From Fibrobacteria bacterium (lineage in GTDB: Bacteria > Fibrobacterota > Fibrobacteria > UBA11236): a DNA stretch of 48,706 nt. The stretch spans positions 1 through 48,706 of the forward strand of contig JBGTHM010000003.1 of the NCBI GenBank assembly GCA_041746255.1. Direction: 5' to 3'. A program made the position numbers and the translations under genes. Positions 46,710 through 48,706 of this stretch are shown here, one piece after another (positions within the stretch are counted from its first letter, which is position 1; each line of letters starts with the position of its first letter). Under the pieces are notes generated by a model that worked only from the letters and a program-made list of their open reading frames with translations, was not told the DNA's origin and made no database searches.

Positions 46710-48431
46710 ATGAAAAAATATTTTAGTTCAGGTATAGCTGCTTCGGCAATAGTTTTGGCTTCATGCCTATCAGAAAATTCTAATTCTATAAACCCATCTA
46801 GTAATTGTGAATCGTGCAACCTGGAAAAGCCTCTTCACCATTTTCAATCCGAGGATGAACCATACTTAAAAATTTTGGAGAAAAAGGGTTTTAGTCGATC
46901 CGATATTATGAAAGCTGGTGAAGGGTATATGGTTGAAGGTGACCTTTTTTTTCCCAAGGAAATATTGGAAAAGGAAGAAGCGCTAGGAAAAACTACACAA
47001 CGGGCAGACAACAATAGAGTTAATCAAAACACAGTAGCAAATATTAGGGTGCTGATTCATCCAAGTATTAACGGCTGGGCAAATGAGATTCAACAAGCCA
47101 TTACCAATTGGAATGTGGTAAATTCTCAGGTTCGATTTCAAATCGTCACAACTAATCCACAAATAACTATTGCAAGTGACGCATGGACTGGACTTCCGTC
47201 AGGCATGCAAAATTTTCACAGCTCTATTTGCGGAGCCGCCGGATTCCCTACTGGTGGACAACCATTTCCTTTCATAAGTATTAACATGGATAATTCAACA
47301 CTTGCGGGTTCAGTTGCCCGTAGAATTAGGACAATTACCCATGAGTTTGGCCACACCGTTGGAATACATCACACGAATCAAGGTGGAGGCACTCACCTAG
47401 AAGGCACCCCCACCGCTGATGCAGGTTCTCTTATGAATGGCGGTCAATGTAATACAGGATCCCTTGTACTAAGCGAGTGGGACAGAATTGCAATAAATAT
47501 TATGTATCCCGACAGAATAGACATTGTTTCCAAAGTAAAGAGTACTGGTTCATGGAGAGTTGTTACAAGTACAGGTTCATCCTTTATAAATGACACCCAA
47601 TGGTTAAATAATTGGGCGATAGGATCTGGATACGAACTCTTTTTGGGAGATGTAAACGGAGATGGGAGACAGGATGCCATTGCAAAGGAAAAAAGCACAG
47701 GGACATGGTATGTCGCAACAAGTACTGGAAATGGTTTCAATTTTGGGCCTGCCTGGATCACAGGGTTTGCAATCGGAACAGGCTATGATCTTTTCGCAGG
47801 TGATGTAAATAGGGACGGAAGAACGGACATAATAGCAAAGGAAAAAACTACCGGAAACTGGCATGTTGCGCTTAGTACCGGAACAAGCTTCGGCCCGGCA
47901 GGCCAATGGATTTCAGGTTGGGCTATTGGACAAGGCTACGACCTTCTTATGGCGGATGTAAATGGAGATTTTAGAGTTGATTTAATTGCAAAAGAGAAAA
48001 CCACAGGCTCTTGGCATGTCGCTCTAAGTACTGGAACAAGTTTTAGTTCTGCGGGCCAATGGTTATCCGGTTGGGCTATTGGACAGGGATATCAACTTTT
48101 TGCGGGAGATGCAAATGGTGACGGCAGAAAAGACCTAATTGCGAAAAACAAAATTAACGGCGATTGGCATGTGGCAATTAGTAATGGAAACCAATTTACT
48201 AGCGCCGGGACCTGGATTTCTGGATTCGCAATTGGTACTGGATACGATTTATTTGTTGGCGATGCCAGCGGTGATGGAAGAACAGATATAATTGCTAAAG
48301 AAAAATATACAGGTACTTGGCATGTAGCGACTAGTAATGGAAACTCGTTTATAAACAACTCGCAATGGCTTTCCGGTTATGCAATTGGTCAAAATTATAA
48401 TTTGCTAGTCGGGGACGTAAATGGAAATTAG
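46710..48431 (+). CDS. Lipoprotein zinc metalloprotease (M57-like metzincin) with six FG-GAP/VCBS-like repeats
   Basis: LASC lipobox, Y.VEGD prodomain motif, AGFP..G.P, HEFGHTVGIHH, Met-turn SLMN, repeats with GDVNGDGR.D. Confidence 0.88.
   Translation: MKKYFSSGIAASAIVLASCLSENSNSINPSSNCESCNLEKPLHHFQSEDEPYLKILEKKGFSRSDIMKAGEGYMVEGDLFFPKEILEKEEALGKTTQRADNNRVNQNTVANIRVLIHPSINGWANEIQQAITNWNVVNSQVRFQIVTTNPQITIASDAWTGLPSGMQNFHSSICGAAGFPTGGQPFPFISINMDNSTLAGSVARRIRTITHEFGHTVGIHHTNQGGGTHLEGTPTADAGSLMNGGQCNTGSLVLSEWDRIAINIMYPDRIDIVSKVKSTGSWRVVTSTGSSFINDTQWLNNWAIGSGYELFLGDVNGDGRQDAIAKEKSTGTWYVATSTGNGFNFGPAWITGFAIGTGYDLFAGDVNRDGRTDIIAKEKTTGNWHVALSTGTSFGPAGQWISGWAIGQGYDLLMADVNGDFRVDLIAKEKTTGSWHVALSTGTSFSSAGQWLSGWAIGQGYQLFAGDANGDGRKDLIAKNKINGDWHVAISNGNQFTSAGTWISGFAIGTGYDLFVGDASGDGRTDIIAKEKYTGTWHVATSNGNSFINNSQWLSGYAIGQNYNLLVGDVNGN
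47511..48428 (+). repeat. Six tandem 153-bp (51-aa) coding repeats
   Basis: Unit R.D.IAKEK.TG.WHVA.S.G..F....W..G.AIG.GY.L..GD.NG. 918 bp = 6 x 153 with no indels. Confidence 0.93.
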
Positions 48432-48568
48432 GTAAGTATTCAGAACTTTTAGGTTTTGATTTTCGAACTTTATAATTGAATCATTTTCTTTCAGGAGGGG
48501 ATCGGGAGAAATACAGCATTGAAACTTCCGCTAAAAAGCGGCTTTCAGCTTAATTTTAAACGCTACCC

Positions 48569-48706
48569 TGACCTTCACCCCAAAAACTGGATCAAATTCG
48601 ATGCGAAAAATGGCATTTTTTAACTCATCGAAGGAGATCAAAAATGAAGGGCAAAAGGTATTCGGACGAGCAGATTATTTACGCCATTCGGCAAGTCGAA
48701 GCAGGC
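48569..48706 (+). mobile_element. IS3-family insertion sequence, left end and start of transposase OrfA (runs off window)
   Basis: Terminus TGACCTTCACCCCAAAAACTGGATCA resembles an IS3 left inverted repeat. AAGGAG then ATG 48644 reading MKGKRYSDEQIIYAIRQVEAG. Confidence 0.8.

Noticed and set aside
47511..48428. Regular repeats as a CRISPR array or DGR-type repeat
   Set aside because: The repeats are in-frame, vary at synonymous positions and have no unique spacers. No cas or reverse transcriptase gene is in the window.

Overview
A mostly chromosomal, GC-rich window from a diderm bacterium. Two TIGR02147/DUF4423 paralogues, their lipoprotein partners and T9SS-like C-terminal tails suggest Fibrobacterota (inference). 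Housekeeping blocks are hslO(3' part), a REC-HATPase gene, dnaX-ybaB-ccsA/hemX-hemACDL-deaminase, ilvBN, radC, icd-citrate synthase, queC, terC, a dimeric dUTPase and two nfeD genes. Accessory content includes two translationally coupled TIGR02147 regulator + lipoprotein pairs and an 863-aa internally duplicated lipoprotein. There is also a ~2-kb tandem duplication of a secreted PQQ-sugar-dehydrogenase-like propeller lacking the usual catalytic His, and three probable beta-barrel genes. An AT-rich segment at the right end holds a methyltransferase, an M57-like metalloprotease with six 51-aa repeats, and the start of an IS3 element. The most notable signals are an A11 run in dnaX with nearby stops in both shifted frames, the TIGR02147-lipoprotein modules with a candidate operator, a cysteine-less disulfide-reductase homologue and several degenerate two-component parts. 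No rRNA, tRNA or CRISPR array was seen. All family calls come from motif recognition, not database searches.
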